NCBI GenBank assembly: GCA_023424095.1
Contig: JAFAEG010000030.1
Coordinates: forward strand, 6,674 to 70,673
Source: Pseudomonadota bacterium
GTDB taxonomy: Bacteria > Pseudomonadota > Alphaproteobacteria > Sphingomonadales > Sphingomonadaceae
Direction: 5' to 3'
DNA length: 64,000 nt
This document shows, in pieces, positions 30,802-40,634 of this stretch (position 1 is the first letter of the stretch; each line of letters opens with the position of its first letter). Position numbers and translations under genes: made by a program. Under the pieces are notes generated by a model that made no database searches, was not told the DNA's origin, and saw nothing but the letters and a program-made list of their open reading frames with translations.

Positions 30802-31794
30802 TCAAGCCTTGCGGCTTGTTCCAGCAGAGGACTTGGCCAGTCCCGCAATCAGTCCCGCCATCTCGAACGCGGTGGCCTGCGGCTCGAGCGACTGACGCTG
30901 TGCCACGCGAGACAAGGCCTCCGCCTCCTCCCACAGCCGGACCGCTCCGGCCAGCGCTGCGCCGCGCCGGTCCCGCGCCGCCGCGGCGATGAAGGAGGGC
31001 GCACGATCGAGAAAGGCCTCGTAACGCGGCTGCGCACTCTTGCCCGCCAGGCTCTGGGCCAGCGCCGCGCGTTGCTTGTTGGTCGGATCGCCATTGCTTG
31101 CGATCGCCCGCATCGCCTGATCAAGCCCCCCCACGTCCAGCCCGCGATAGGCGGCGGCGCGGCCGGGGGCGCCGCCACCCGATGCGGCCAGCGCCTCGAT
31201 CTCCGCCGGCGGCGCATCGGGAATCGCCTGGGCAAGCGCCCGCTTCATGTCGGCCTGCTCCAACGGCGCGAGCCGCAGCAGCCGGCAGCGTGACCGGATG
31301 GTCGGCAGCAGCCGCTCCGGCGCGTGGCTGACCAGCAAGAACACAGTGTTCGCCGGCGGCTCCTCGAGATTCTTCAGCAAGGCATTGGCCCCGCCTGTCT
31401 CCAAATCGTCCGCCGCGTCGACCACGACCACGCGCCACGGCGAATATGTCGGCGCGGTCGCGAACAGCCGCTGCAGGCCGCGCACCTGATCGATCTTGAT
31501 GCTGCGCGCCAGTTCGGTGCCACCATCTTTGGCCAGCCGTTCCAGCAGCATGAAGTCGGGATGGCTTCCCGCCGCCATCAGCCGCGCTGATTGATGCTCC
31601 TCCGGTACCTCGAAGCCCGGCCGGGCCACCGGCCCCTGCCCTTGTGCCAGCACCCGAAGCGCCGCCTTACGCGCGAACAGGCCCTTGCCGATGCCCTCGG
31701 CACCAGCGATCAGCCAGGCATGGTGCAGCCGCCCGCCGTCCAGCGCGGCACGGAACGCCGCCACCGCCGCTTCATGGCCATAGAGCGGGCTCAC
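30802..31794 (-). CDS. holB: DNA polymerase III subunit delta'
   Basis: HAWLIAGAEGIGK, NALLKNLEEPP and TIRSRC motifs. It overlaps tmk by 4 nt. Confidence 0.85.
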   Translation of the reverse strand: MSPLYGHEAAVAAFRAALDGGRLHHAWLIAGAEGIGKGLFARKAALRVLAQGQGPVARPGFEVPEEHQSARLMAAGSHPDFMLLERLAKDGGTELARSIKIDQVRGLQRLFATAPTYSPWRVVVVDAADDLETGGANALLKNLEEPPANTVFLLVSHAPERLLPTIRSRCRLLRLAPLEQADMKRALAQAIPDAPPAEIEALAASGGGAPGRAAAYRGLDVGGLDQAMRAIASNGDPTNKQRAALAQSLAGKSAQPRYEAFLDRAPSFIAAAARDRRGAALAGAVRLWEEAEALSRVAQRQSLEPQATAFEMAGLIAGLAKSSAGTSRKA

Positions 31795-32414
31795 AGCAGA
31801 TCCTCGAGCGCGTCCAGCAGCCGCTGGGTTACCGCCTCGACCGCGCCCGATGCATCGACCAGCCGGACGCGCTCGGGTTCGCTGGCCGCAATGGTGCGGA
31901 AGGCGGATTCAACGGCCTCATGATAAGCCGCCGACCTCCCGCCGATCCGGTCGCTCTCGTCGCCATCCCTGGCGCGGGCGCGCTCCGCACCCTCGGGGTG
32001 GAGAAGCATCAGGGTCCGGTCCGGAAACCATTCGCCGATCCCGAAGGCATTGATCGCCCGCACCCGCTCCAGACCAAGCCCGCCAGCGCCACCCTGATAA
32101 GCGAGCGAGCTGTCGATGAAGCGGTCTGACAGCACCCAGCGCCCGGCTTCGACCGCCGGGCGGATCACCTTGTCGACATGATCGGTACGCGCCGCCGCGA
32201 ACAGCAAGGCCTCGGCCTCGGCACCCCAGCGCTCTTCGCTCCCGCCGAGCAACAGGGCGCGGATCGCCTCGGCGCCTTCGCTGCCGCCCGGTTCACGGGT
32301 TTCGATGACGTCATGACCTCGCGCCCGCAGCGCCGCGGCCAGTGCGCGCACCTGGGTCGACTTGCCGACCCCTTCCCCGCCTTCGAGACTGATGAAGCGG
32401 CCGCGCCCGCTCAT
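31791..32414 (-). CDS. tmk: dTMP kinase
   Basis: MSGRGRFISLEGGEGVGKSTQ P-loop; 207 aa. The ATG at 32414 overlaps the stop of the upstream carboxypeptidase (ATGA). The rest of ORF 31791..33191 is a spurious extension. Confidence 0.92.
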   Translation of the reverse strand: MSGRGRFISLEGGEGVGKSTQVRALAAALRARGHDVIETREPGGSEGAEAIRALLLGGSEERWGAEAEALLFAAARTDHVDKVIRPAVEAGRWVLSDRFIDSSLAYQGGAGGLGLERVRAINAFGIGEWFPDRTLMLLHPEGAERARARDGDESDRIGGRSAAYHEAVESAFRTIAASEPERVRLVDASGAVEAVTQRLLDALEDLL

Positions 32415-33580
32415 CACATGCCGATGAGTGATTTGAGCCCGTTCCAGATGCGGCCAAAGAAGCCGGCTTCGGTCACTTCGCTCTCGGCGACCAGCGGCAT
32501 GGTCATCGCCGGAACGCCGTCCGCCTCGACCACCAGATCGGCGATATGCTGCCCCTGGGCGATCGGCGCCTTGATCGGGCCCTGATAGACGATCTTCGCG
32601 CGCAGCCGCGTGCCGGCACCGGCCGGGATCGTCGCCGCCAAATTGCGCGGCGCCACCAGGCCGACGCTGTTGGCGCTGCCCAGCTGCACTTCGGCCTCGC
32701 CGATCCGCGCATTCTGCTGGAACAAAGCCCGCGACTGCCAGGCGCGGAAGCCCCAATCCATGAACTTCACCGATTCCTCGATGCGGGCACCGGACGAACC
32801 AAGGCCGGCCACCACCATGATCAGCCGCCGGCCATTCTGCTCGGCCGAGCCGGTGAAGCCATAGCCAGCCTCCTCGGTATGACCGGTCTTCAGCCCGTCG
32901 GCACCCTGCACCCGGCCCAGGATCGGATTGCGATTCCCCTGGGTGATCGCCGCGCCGCTGCCCATCTGCCGGCCCGAGGTGAATTCGGTCTGGGCATAGA
33001 AGCGCCGATAGAGGTCGCCATGATCGCGGATGGTCGATTGCGCGAGTTTTCCGAGGTCGCGCGCGGTCGTGTAGGTCACGCCGCCGTCGGGCCAGCCGAC
33101 CGGATTGCCCCAATGCGAACTGGTCAGGCCCAATTCCTCGCTGTCGCGGTTCATCAGCTGCACGAAGGCCGCTTCCGTTCCCGAAATACACTCAGCCAAG
33201 ACGACGGTGGCGTCGTTGCCGGACTGCGTGACGACGCCGTGCAACAGATGCTCGACGCTATATTGGCCGTTCGCCTCCAGGAAGGAGGTCGAGCCCTGGC
33301 TATGCCATTGCCGCCAGGTTTCGGGCCGCATCGTGCATTGCTTGTCGAGCGCCACTTCCCCGCTCTCGATCAGGCGGAAGACGACGTGCGTGGTCATCAT
33401 CTTGGCCATCGACGCCGGCGGAATGCGGCGGTCGGCATCCTTCTCATATAGCACCGACCCGGAGGTCAGATCGATCATGAAGGCGATCGGCGCCGCGGTC
33501 TCGAAAGTGGGTGCCTGGGCGCTGGCGGGCAGCACGGTGAGACCGGCGAGGAGGGAGGCGGTGGCAAGGAGGCGCTTCAT
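32414..33580 (-). CDS. D-alanyl-D-alanine carboxypeptidase (PBP5/6 family)
   Basis: Signal peptide, active-site SMAKMMT (SxxK), SGND (SxN-like) and KTGHT (KTG). Confidence 0.88.
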   Translation of the reverse strand: MKRLLATASLLAGLTVLPASAQAPTFETAAPIAFMIDLTSGSVLYEKDADRRIPPASMAKMMTTHVVFRLIESGEVALDKQCTMRPETWRQWHSQGSTSFLEANGQYSVEHLLHGVVTQSGNDATVVLAECISGTEAAFVQLMNRDSEELGLTSSHWGNPVGWPDGGVTYTTARDLGKLAQSTIRDHGDLYRRFYAQTEFTSGRQMGSGAAITQGNRNPILGRVQGADGLKTGHTEEAGYGFTGSAEQNGRRLIMVVAGLGSSGARIEESVKFMDWGFRAWQSRALFQQNARIGEAEVQLGSANSVGLVAPRNLAATIPAGAGTRLRAKIVYQGPIKAPIAQGQHIADLVVEADGVPAMTMPLVAESEVTEAGFFGRIWNGLKSLIGM

Positions 33581-33650
33581 TGGAAACTCTGCACTGAAAC
33601 TGGGGGACCCGGCCTCACTGCCCCTCCGCCGCCGCGCCGTCCAGCCCGTT

Positions 33651-34784
33651 TCAGCCGTGAATGCCCTGCGACAGCAAGGACACGGTGAGGCCGTAGAAAT
33701 TCGAGCAATTATAATCGAGGATGACCCGGTAATTGTTGGTCAGCAGATAGGCCGGCGCGCCGGGGCCGTCGGGCTCCAGCAGGGTCGCCATCTCATCATC
33801 CGCGATCCGCTGCGCGCTGGCGATCGGCTGCACGCCCAGCGCCCGCCATTCCGCCATGGTCAGCCAGCGGCTGTGCCGTTCGAACACGCGGGCGCAGCGC
33901 GGCGCGCGCATATTGTTGGCGATCGCGGCGCGATCCAGCCCCGCTGGCACCCGCACCTCCGCGCCCCAAGGCACGTTCGGCTTCCAACCGGCATTGTTCA
34001 AATAATTGGCGATCGAAGCCAATGCGTCGACCGAACTGCCCCAGATGTCGGCGCGGCCGTCCCCGTCGCCATCCACTGCGAGGCGAATGTAGACGGACGG
34101 CAGGAATTGCGACTGGCCGGTCGCGCCGGCCCATGACCCTTGCAAGGTCGAGCGCGGGAAGCCGCGCTCCAGCATCTTGAGCGTCGCGACGAACTCGGTC
34201 GCGAACAATTCGCGGCGACGGCCTTCATAAGCCAGGCTCGCCAGCGAATTGAGCAGGTCGAAATTGCCCATGATCCGGCCGTAACCGGTTTCCTTGCCCC
34301 AGATCGCGACCAGCACCGACGGGTCGACGCCATAACGCTGCCCGATCTCCGCCAGTTGCGCCGCATGCCGGGCGAGCCGGTCGCGGCCCATATTGGCCAG
34401 CGCCGGGGTCACGTGCCGCGCCAGATAGGGCTGGAACGGCGGATTGGAGGTGCTACCCGGCGGGCCACCCGGCTGCTGCCGATCGAGCTGCACCGTGCGG
34501 GCGGAAAAGGTCAGGGTGGGAAAGATGCGATTGATCGTGGCCTGGCTCACGCCTTCCGCCAGCGCCCGCCGCTCAAGGTCCGGCAGATAGGCCCGGAAGC
34601 CAGCCTCGCTGAGGCCGCTTTCCTGGACCGCAACCTTCGCCTGCCGCTCGACCCGGGCCGGCGCGACCAGCTTACGCTCGGTGACCTCGGCCACGCCCTC
34701 GAAAAAGGCACCGGTCGACGGCAGCTCGGCCGTATGGCCCAGCCCGAAGCCGGAAAACAGGAATGACAAGGTCCTCAGCAGCAT
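33651..34784 (-). CDS. Lytic murein transglycosylase (MltB-like)
   Basis: IWGKETGYGR catalytic-Glu region and a GATGQSQFLPS motif. I prefer the start MLLRTLSFLFSGFG at 34784. Confidence 0.85.
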   Translation of the reverse strand: MLLRTLSFLFSGFGLGHTAELPSTGAFFEGVAEVTERKLVAPARVERQAKVAVQESGLSEAGFRAYLPDLERRALAEGVSQATINRIFPTLTFSARTVQLDRQQPGGPPGSTSNPPFQPYLARHVTPALANMGRDRLARHAAQLAEIGQRYGVDPSVLVAIWGKETGYGRIMGNFDLLNSLASLAYEGRRRELFATEFVATLKMLERGFPRSTLQGSWAGATGQSQFLPSVYIRLAVDGDGDGRADIWGSSVDALASIANYLNNAGWKPNVPWGAEVRVPAGLDRAAIANNMRAPRCARVFERHSRWLTMAEWRALGVQPIASAQRIADDEMATLLEPDGPGAPAYLLTNNYRVILDYNCSNFYGLTVSLLSQGIHG

Positions 34785-34934
34785 GTCGTCGCCTTCATCG
34801 AATCCACTATGTCGGCCCCGTCCGCAATATGAAAGGCTTGACATGGCGGAAGGCTGAATGCCGGGCTGAAACGTGCACGGCACTGGCCAAACGCATTGTC
34901 GCGGCCCCGCTCCATGTGGCAGGGCACGCGCACC

Positions 34935-35024
34935 GGATGGGTGGCCGAGTGGTTTAAGGCAGCGGTCTTGAAAACCGCCGTGGGTGCAAGCTCACCGTGG
35001 GTTCGAATCCCACCCCATCCGCCA
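34935..35024 (+). tRNA. tRNA-Ser (anticodon UGA)
   Basis: GGATGGG...CCCATCC acceptor stem plus G-CCA, anticodon arm GCGGT-CTTGAAA-ACCGC, a long variable arm, and T-arm GTGGG-TTCGAAT-CCCAC. Confidence 0.93.
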
Positions 35025-35170
35025 CACGCCCCGGCGAGCCTCCGATTAACCCGATGTAGAAGCTTCGGCACGAATGAGACGGGTCGGCTCCAGATCCTCC
35101 AGAATTGCGACGCATGACCGTGTCGACATTCGGCAGGGCAGCCGGGAAATGTCGGAGCAGCGCGGGGCAG

Positions 35171-36268
35171 ATGGGCATGAATGAACTCGAGGCGTCCAGC
35201 GATTCGTCCGCCTATGAAGTGCCTGCTGCCGTGGATGAATTCGGCAGGCTGACGGATCATTGCGTCCGGCAAGCGCTGGAGATGATAGACACGCACGGCC
35301 TGGTCATCCTGACCGGCCTGCTGTCGGACGAGGAAGCGGATTTCGGCCTGGAGCTGATGCGCCAAACCATCGACGATCCGGATCGCAGCCGCTGCTCCTT
35401 CGCCAGCGAGACCGACAATCGCTACGTGCGCCGCGATTTCTGCTCCCTTCCCTCGACGCCGCCTGTGAAGAGCTTTGCCGCCACCTTGTGCCAGCGTCTG
35501 GAGGGCGTCCTGTCGGAATATTGCGGCCGGTCGCGTCCGCTTCTCGAGATCATCACCCTGACCAGCTATCTCGGCTCATCGCATCAATATATTCACCGCG
35601 ATCCGGCCGGCGTGATCAGCCTTCTGGCCGCCGTGGAAGACGTCTCGGAGCAGCAGGGGGGAACGGCTTTCATCCCCGGGACGCACATGTACGGCGGCGC
35701 CGAATACAAACATGGCGGCGCGGCCCATGCGTTGGTGGAGCTGTTTCGCACCAAGTGTAATTACAGGATCTTTCGCCATAATCTGAAGAAATTATGGGCG
35801 ATGCGCGGGGACAAGCAGACCCCGCTTGCGCCTGGCGAGTTCAGGGACCGGGTGTTTTCAACCAAGTGGGATCAGCATCAGCCAAATCTGCTGCGCTTCG
35901 TGATGGGGAAGAATTCCCAATTCAGCATTCGCATGCTCGGCCCGCGGCGCTTGTGGAAACTCTATCGCCAGCGCAAGCGCCTCGGCAGCCTGTTCCAACT
36001 GGTCCAGACGGCACCTCGGAAGGGGAGCGTCATCCTCTATCGGAGCGATTTGCTCCATGGCGGCCCCGACAATAGGTCGCCCCATCCCCGGCGCTTCTTC
36101 GGCATGAGCATCGCGCGGGACATCATCGAACCCAAATATTGGCATGATGGCTATTCGCCGCACCCCACGCTGATTTCTCAGCCGATGTGTTTCGGCGACC
36201 TTCTGGACGCTCCCCCGCTTCCGGTGCCGTCCCGAGCGGCTCGCCGCCACCTGCGAGTCTCCGGATAA
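35171..36268 (+). CDS. Putative Fe(II)/2-oxoglutarate dioxygenase (PhyH-like)
   Basis: Contains YIHRDPAG (HxD), GGTAFIPGTH and a distal ILYRSDLLHGG. GC is lower than in the flanks. The start is uncertain (35105, 35171 or 35177). Confidence 0.5.
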   Translation: MGMNELEASSDSSAYEVPAAVDEFGRLTDHCVRQALEMIDTHGLVILTGLLSDEEADFGLELMRQTIDDPDRSRCSFASETDNRYVRRDFCSLPSTPPVKSFAATLCQRLEGVLSEYCGRSRPLLEIITLTSYLGSSHQYIHRDPAGVISLLAAVEDVSEQQGGTAFIPGTHMYGGAEYKHGGAAHALVELFRTKCNYRIFRHNLKKLWAMRGDKQTPLAPGEFRDRVFSTKWDQHQPNLLRFVMGKNSQFSIRMLGPRRLWKLYRQRKRLGSLFQLVQTAPRKGSVILYRSDLLHGGPDNRSPHPRRFFGMSIARDIIEPKYWHDGYSPHPTLISQPMCFGDLLDAPPLPVPSRAARRHLRVSG

Positions 36269-36380
36269 AGCGTCTGGTCCGGCCCGGATGAGCGGCTGCG
36301 GCGCGCCCGGAACCCCACTACCCCCTTCCCCCACAGGGCTCTTGCCCGCATGATGCCCCGAACAGCGGGAGCCGGGAATC

Positions 36381-37370
36381 ATGATCGAAACCATCCTCCT
36401 CGTCGTCGTCGCGACGGTGATCCTCTATCTGTTCGCCAGCGTGAAGCAGGTCCGGCAGGGCTATCAATATACGATCGAGCATTTCGGCCGTTTCACCCAG
36501 GCGGCGCGGCCCGGGCTGATCTTCGTCCCGGCCTTCTTCTACCGGGTCGGCCGGCGCATCAACATGATGGAGCAGGTGCTCGACATTCCGGGCCAGGAGA
36601 TCATCACCAAGGACAATGCCATGGTCTCGACCGATGGCGTGGTCTTCTTCCAGGTGCTGGACGCCGCCAAGGCAGCCTATGAGGTCTCCGATCTCTACAA
36701 CGCCATCCTGAACCTGGTGACGACGAACCTGCGCACCGTGATGGGCTCGATGGACCTCGACGAGACTTTGTCGAAGCGCGACGAGATCAACGCGCGGCTG
36801 CTGAACGTGATCGATCACGCCACGGAAGCGTGGGGCATCAAGATCACCCGCGTCGAGATCAAGGACATCCGCCCGCCCGCCGACATCGTCAACGCGATGG
36901 CCCGGCAGATGAAGGCGGAGCGCGAGAAGCGCGCCAACATTCTCGACGCCGAAGGCTTCCGGGCCGCCGCCATCCTGAAGGCGGAGGGCGAGAAGCAGTC
37001 GCAGATCCTTGAGGCCGAGGGCCGCCGCGAAGCCGCCTTCCGCGACGCCGAGGCGCGCGAGCGCGAGGCGGAGGCGGAAGCGAAGGCCACGCAGGTGGTC
37101 AGTGAGGCGATCGCCAACGGCAACGCCCAGGCACTCAATTACTTCATCGCCCAGAAATATACCGACGCGGTGAGCGGCTTCGCCAACTCGCCCAACGCCA
37201 AGACCATCCTGTTCCCGGTCGAGGCCACCCAACTGATCGGCACCTTGGGCGGGATCGGCGAGATCGCCCGCGAGGTGATGAGCAGCAAGGGTGGCGTCGG
37301 CCTGATGCCGGCCGCCTCGACCGGGGTTCCGAATACGCGGCGCGACCGCGATCCGGGCGCCGGCCAATGA
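36381..37370 (+). CDS. SPFH/band-7 (stomatin-like) protein
   Basis: N-terminal TM segment, an SPFH core (ITKDNAMVSTDGVVFFQV..NLRTVMGSM) and a Glu/Ala-rich coiled tail. Confidence 0.9.
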   Translation: MIETILLVVVATVILYLFASVKQVRQGYQYTIEHFGRFTQAARPGLIFVPAFFYRVGRRINMMEQVLDIPGQEIITKDNAMVSTDGVVFFQVLDAAKAAYEVSDLYNAILNLVTTNLRTVMGSMDLDETLSKRDEINARLLNVIDHATEAWGIKITRVEIKDIRPPADIVNAMARQMKAEREKRANILDAEGFRAAAILKAEGEKQSQILEAEGRREAAFRDAEAREREAEAEAKATQVVSEAIANGNAQALNYFIAQKYTDAVSGFANSPNAKTILFPVEATQLIGTLGGIGEIAREVMSSKGGVGLMPAASTGVPNTRRDRDPGAGQ

Positions 37371-37828
37371 ACTGGGGCGAAATCGACGCGGGCTGGTATT
37401 GGGTTGCGGCAGCGGCCCTGCTTGCGCTGACCGAATTGGCGATTCCGGGCATCTTTCTCGTCTGGATCGCCGCCGCGGCGGTGATCGCAGGCATCGTCGC
37501 TTTCGCCACCGGCGTTGGCCTGGAAACGCAGCTGATCGTCTTCGGCATCGCCTCGATCCTGATGGTGCTGATCGCCCGCCGCTCGCAGGCGAAGACGATC
37601 CTGACCAGCAGCGACCCGTTGCTGAACGACCGCGCCGCCCGCCTGATCGGCCAATCGGTGACGGTGCTGGACGCGATCGAGAATGGCCAGGGCCGGGTGA
37701 AGGTGGGCGACAGCGTCTGGTCGGCGCGCGGTGAGGATGCGGCGGCGGGCACGCGCGTCCAAGTGGTCGGCATCGAAGGCAGTTCGCTGCTCGTCGTCCC
37801 GGTCGCCGCGCCCCCGGCAATTTCCTGA
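37367..37828 (+). CDS. NfeD family membrane protein
   Basis: TM-rich N-terminus and a C-terminal OB-like GQGRVKVGDSVWSARG. It overlaps the SPFH gene by 4 nt, which is the classic SPFH-NfeD pair. Confidence 0.85.
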   Translation: MNWGEIDAGWYWVAAAALLALTELAIPGIFLVWIAAAAVIAGIVAFATGVGLETQLIVFGIASILMVLIARRSQAKTILTSSDPLLNDRAARLIGQSVTVLDAIENGQGRVKVGDSVWSARGEDAAAGTRVQVVGIEGSSLLVVPVAAPPAIS

Positions 37829-37851
37829 CTGTTCATACGGAGACGATTGCG

Positions 37852-39678
37852 ATGGCGTTCAACCGGCGTGAGATTATCGGCGGCGCGGGTGCGCTGGGGC
37901 TGGCGAGCGGCCTCCCCGCCCCGCTCGCCGCGCAATCGGGCCGCGACGCCCGCGCAAACATCCTGCTCGGCGAACTGGCCGAGGAGCATCTGCGCATGTT
38001 CCCGGAAACCGCCACCACGCTGGGCATCGACAAGCGGAGCCGCGCCGATCTGCGCGCCAGGATCGGCGACAAGTCGCGCGCCGGCCAGCAGGCCGAGCTG
38101 GCCTGGCTGCAATCGGCGGTCCGGCGGCTGAGTGCCCTTCCCGCCTCCGGCCTCTCGCCGCAGACCCAGTCGAACGTCGACACCGTCCGCGCGTCCTACG
38201 AGACCGGCATCCTTGGCTACGCCTTTCCCTATGGCGACGTCGGCGTCTCGAGCTGGCGCAACGGCCCGTATCCGGTCGCCCAGAATATGGGCTCGTACAT
38301 CGATCTGCCGAAATTCCTCGACGCCGATCACACGGTCGAAAATGCCGAAGATGCCGAGACTTATCTCGCCCGCCTGTCACAACATGCCAAGCAATTGGAC
38401 GATGAGACGGATCGCCTGCGGGCCCAGCGCGAACAGGGCGTGATCGCGCCCGATGCGGTGCTCGACAAGACGCTCGCCGCGCTCCGCCGCACCCGCGAAG
38501 GCGATCCCGGCGAATGGATGATCGTCACCTCGCTCGCCAACCGCACCGCCTCGATTCCCGGCAATTGGCGTGCCCGGGCCGAGCAGATCGCCCGTCGCGA
38601 CGTCAATCCGGCGCTGGGCCGGCAGATCGAGGAAATCGAGCAACATCGACGCCGCGCCACGGCCGACTTCGGCGCCTGGAAGCTGCCGCGCGGCGACGAA
38701 TATTACGCCTGGACCCTCGCCGCCGCGACCACGACCCGCCGAACGCCCGATCAGGTCCACGAACAGGGTCTCGAGGAATTGCGCCATTATACCGGCGAGA
38801 TGGACCGGCTGATGCGCAGCCTGGGTTTCACCTCGGGGACCGTCAGCGACCGCTACCGCGCGATGCTCCGCGACCGGCGCTACGCCTTCGCCGAAGGGGA
38901 TGCCGGCCGGGCCGAGATCATCGCCTTCATCCAGGCCCAGCTCGCAGAGCTGCGCCCGCGCCTCTCACAAGCCTTTGGCACGCTCGTCGCCGGCAATGTC
39001 GAAGTGCGCCGCATCGCCCCGGCCGAGGAAATGGGCGCGCCCGGCGCTTATGGCGGGGCCGGCTCGATCGACGGCTCCGTCCCCGGCCGCTTCTGGATCA
39101 ACCTTCGAAGCACCGACATGCACAGCCGCATCGACCTTCCGAGCCTGACCTATCATGAGGCGATCCCGGGTCACGTCTGGGCCGGCGAATATGCCAACCG
39201 GCTGCCGCTCGCCCGCGCCGTCACGGTGTACGGCTTCAGCGCATTTTCGGAAGGCTGGGCGCTCTATGGCGAGCAATTGGCCGGCGAGCTCGGCGTTTAT
39301 GAGGACAATCCCGAAGGCCAGCTCGGCTATTATCAGTCCATGGCCTTTCGCGCCGCGCGGCTGGTGGTCGACACCGGCATCCACTCCAAGCGCTGGACCC
39401 GCGACCATGCCCTGCGCTGGTTCGCCGAGGCGACCGGCGGCACGGTGGACAGCGTTGCCAACGAGATCGACCGCTATGCCGTCTGGCCCGGCCAAGCCTG
39501 CGGCTACAAGGTCGGCCACACCGAGATCAACCGCCAGCGCGAACGTGCGCGCAGCGCGCTCGGCCGACGCTTCGACCTCAAGGCGTTCAACGATCTGGTG
39601 GTCGGTGGCGGCTCGCGGCCGCTCACCATCGTGGAGCGCGAAGTCGACCGGATGATCGCCGCGCGCCGGCGGGGCTGA
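37852..39678 (+). CDS. DUF885 family protein with Tat-type signal
   Basis: MAFNRREIIGGAGALGLA twin-Arg leader and a YHEAIPGHVW motif typical of DUF885. Confidence 0.8.
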   Translation: MAFNRREIIGGAGALGLASGLPAPLAAQSGRDARANILLGELAEEHLRMFPETATTLGIDKRSRADLRARIGDKSRAGQQAELAWLQSAVRRLSALPASGLSPQTQSNVDTVRASYETGILGYAFPYGDVGVSSWRNGPYPVAQNMGSYIDLPKFLDADHTVENAEDAETYLARLSQHAKQLDDETDRLRAQREQGVIAPDAVLDKTLAALRRTREGDPGEWMIVTSLANRTASIPGNWRARAEQIARRDVNPALGRQIEEIEQHRRRATADFGAWKLPRGDEYYAWTLAAATTTRRTPDQVHEQGLEELRHYTGEMDRLMRSLGFTSGTVSDRYRAMLRDRRYAFAEGDAGRAEIIAFIQAQLAELRPRLSQAFGTLVAGNVEVRRIAPAEEMGAPGAYGGAGSIDGSVPGRFWINLRSTDMHSRIDLPSLTYHEAIPGHVWAGEYANRLPLARAVTVYGFSAFSEGWALYGEQLAGELGVYEDNPEGQLGYYQSMAFRAARLVVDTGIHSKRWTRDHALRWFAEATGGTVDSVANEIDRYAVWPGQACGYKVGHTEINRQRERARSALGRRFDLKAFNDLVVGGGSRPLTIVEREVDRMIAARRRG

Positions 39679-39681
39679 GTG

Positions 39682-39708
39682 TCTCCCCTCCCTGCAAGGG
39701 AGGGGAGA
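39682..39708. terminator. Perfect 12-bp GC-rich hairpin between convergent genes
   Basis: TCTCCCCTCCCT-GCA-AGGGAGGGGAGA lies between the DUF885 stop and the stop of the 39714 gene. There is no clear U-tract. Confidence 0.45.
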
Positions 39709-39713
39709 TCGCT

Positions 39714-40076
39714 TCAGCTACGTCCGCCGAACAGGCCCTTGGCCATGTCGGTCAGATCGTCCATCACCGCGCCATCGCCGTCACGGTCGAGACCGGACAG
39801 CAGAGCCGAAGGGTTGCTCAGCAGGCTCTGCACGTCGATCTGCGACAGCAGGCCGCCCAGCATCGGCGCCAGCGCCTGCAGTTTGCCGAGCGGCAGGCCG
39901 GTCTCGGCAGCAGCGCCCTCCGCTGCCTGCTCCGGCGACTCACCGTTGCCGGTGATCCGGCCGATGATCGATTCCGCACCGCTGCGCAGTTGATCGCCGT
40001 CCAGGCCGACCTTCGTGGCAAGCCCGTTCAGATCGATATTGCCGGCCTGCGCGAGCAGCGAATCAAGCATGGACAT
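39714..40076 (-). CDS. Hypothetical protein (DUF937-like, DxDGDG motif)
   Basis: Start MSMLDSLL at 40076 follows GGAAGGAAG. The C-terminal LDRDGDGAVMDDLTDMAKGLFGG resembles DUF937. The assignment is from memory. Confidence 0.5.
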   Translation of the reverse strand: MSMLDSLLAQAGNIDLNGLATKVGLDGDQLRSGAESIIGRITGNGESPEQAAEGAAAETGLPLGKLQALAPMLGGLLSQIDVQSLLSNPSALLSGLDRDGDGAVMDDLTDMAKGLFGGRS

Positions 40077-40094
40077 GGCTTCACTTCCTTCCTC

Positions 40095-40133
40095 AAACAC
40101 CAAGGCCCGCCGCTAGCATGGCAGCGGCGGGCC
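40095..40133 (-). terminator. Intrinsic terminator after the DUF2171 gene
   Basis: On the minus strand the sequence reads GGCCCGCCGCT-GCCATGCT-AGCGGCGGGCC followed by TTGGTGTTT. Confidence 0.55.
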
Positions 40134-40158
40134 TCAAAGCGCCGGAAGTGCAGAAAGG

Positions 40159-40539
40159 TCAGGCGGTCGTCTCGGCCGCTTCCTTTTCGCCTTTGCCCTT
40201 CACCTTGTTGTAGATGACGGCGCCCGCAGCAGCGACCGCGCCGGCCGCCGCAACGCCGATCGCGACCTTCTTCAGCGTCCCGCCGCCATCGGCGATCGCG
40301 CTGCCGTCGGCCTCTTCTTCCAGCAGCACGGCATTGCCGGCATTGGCCGACAGGCGGACCTTCTCGCCCTCGACCGTCGCGACCAGGCCGCCCGAAATAT
40401 AATGGTGATGGCCATGCGAACCGCTGTCCTTCTTGGTCAGCTTGATGCGGTTGCCGTCGACCTTGTCGACCGTGCCGACATGGACGCCGTCGGCGCCGAT
40501 CACTTCCATATGTTCCTTCACGCGACTCAGGTCTGCCAT
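40159..40539 (-). CDS. DUF2171 (PRC-barrel-like) protein with C-terminal hydrophobic tail
   Basis: MADLSRVKEHMEVIGADGVHVGTVDKVDGNRIKLTK is a typical DUF2171 N-terminus. The ATG at 40539 follows GGAGAA. Confidence 0.6.
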   Translation of the reverse strand: MADLSRVKEHMEVIGADGVHVGTVDKVDGNRIKLTKKDSGSHGHHHYISGGLVATVEGEKVRLSANAGNAVLLEEEADGSAIADGGGTLKKVAIGVAAAGAVAAAGAVIYNKVKGKGEKEAAETTA

Positions 40540-40634
40540 GGGGATTCTCCTCGATTGGAATGCCCCGCTGAAACGTGCCGGATATGGAATGGATGCACGG
40601 CCGATCCGCGCCGCCGATCTTTTCGTCGCGACCA

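Noticed and set aside
32415-33191. N-terminal 259 aa of ORF 31791..33191 (466 aa).
   Set aside because: Only the last 207 aa form Tmk (the P-loop lies right after the Met at 32414). The upstream part overlaps the D-Ala-D-Ala carboxypeptidase gene in another frame.
35025-36380. An integrative element at tRNA-Ser.
   Set aside because: There is no integrase, no phage or conjugation genes, and no repeat of the tRNA 3' end. Only one anomalous gene is present, so I report it as a possible remnant.
36318-37820. 500-aa minus-strand ORF (also 37144..38331 -, 395 aa).
   Set aside because: It is antisense to the clearly recognisable SPFH, NfeD and DUF885 genes, has an Arg/Pro/Gly/Ala-rich low-complexity translation, and is a typical high-GC shadow ORF.
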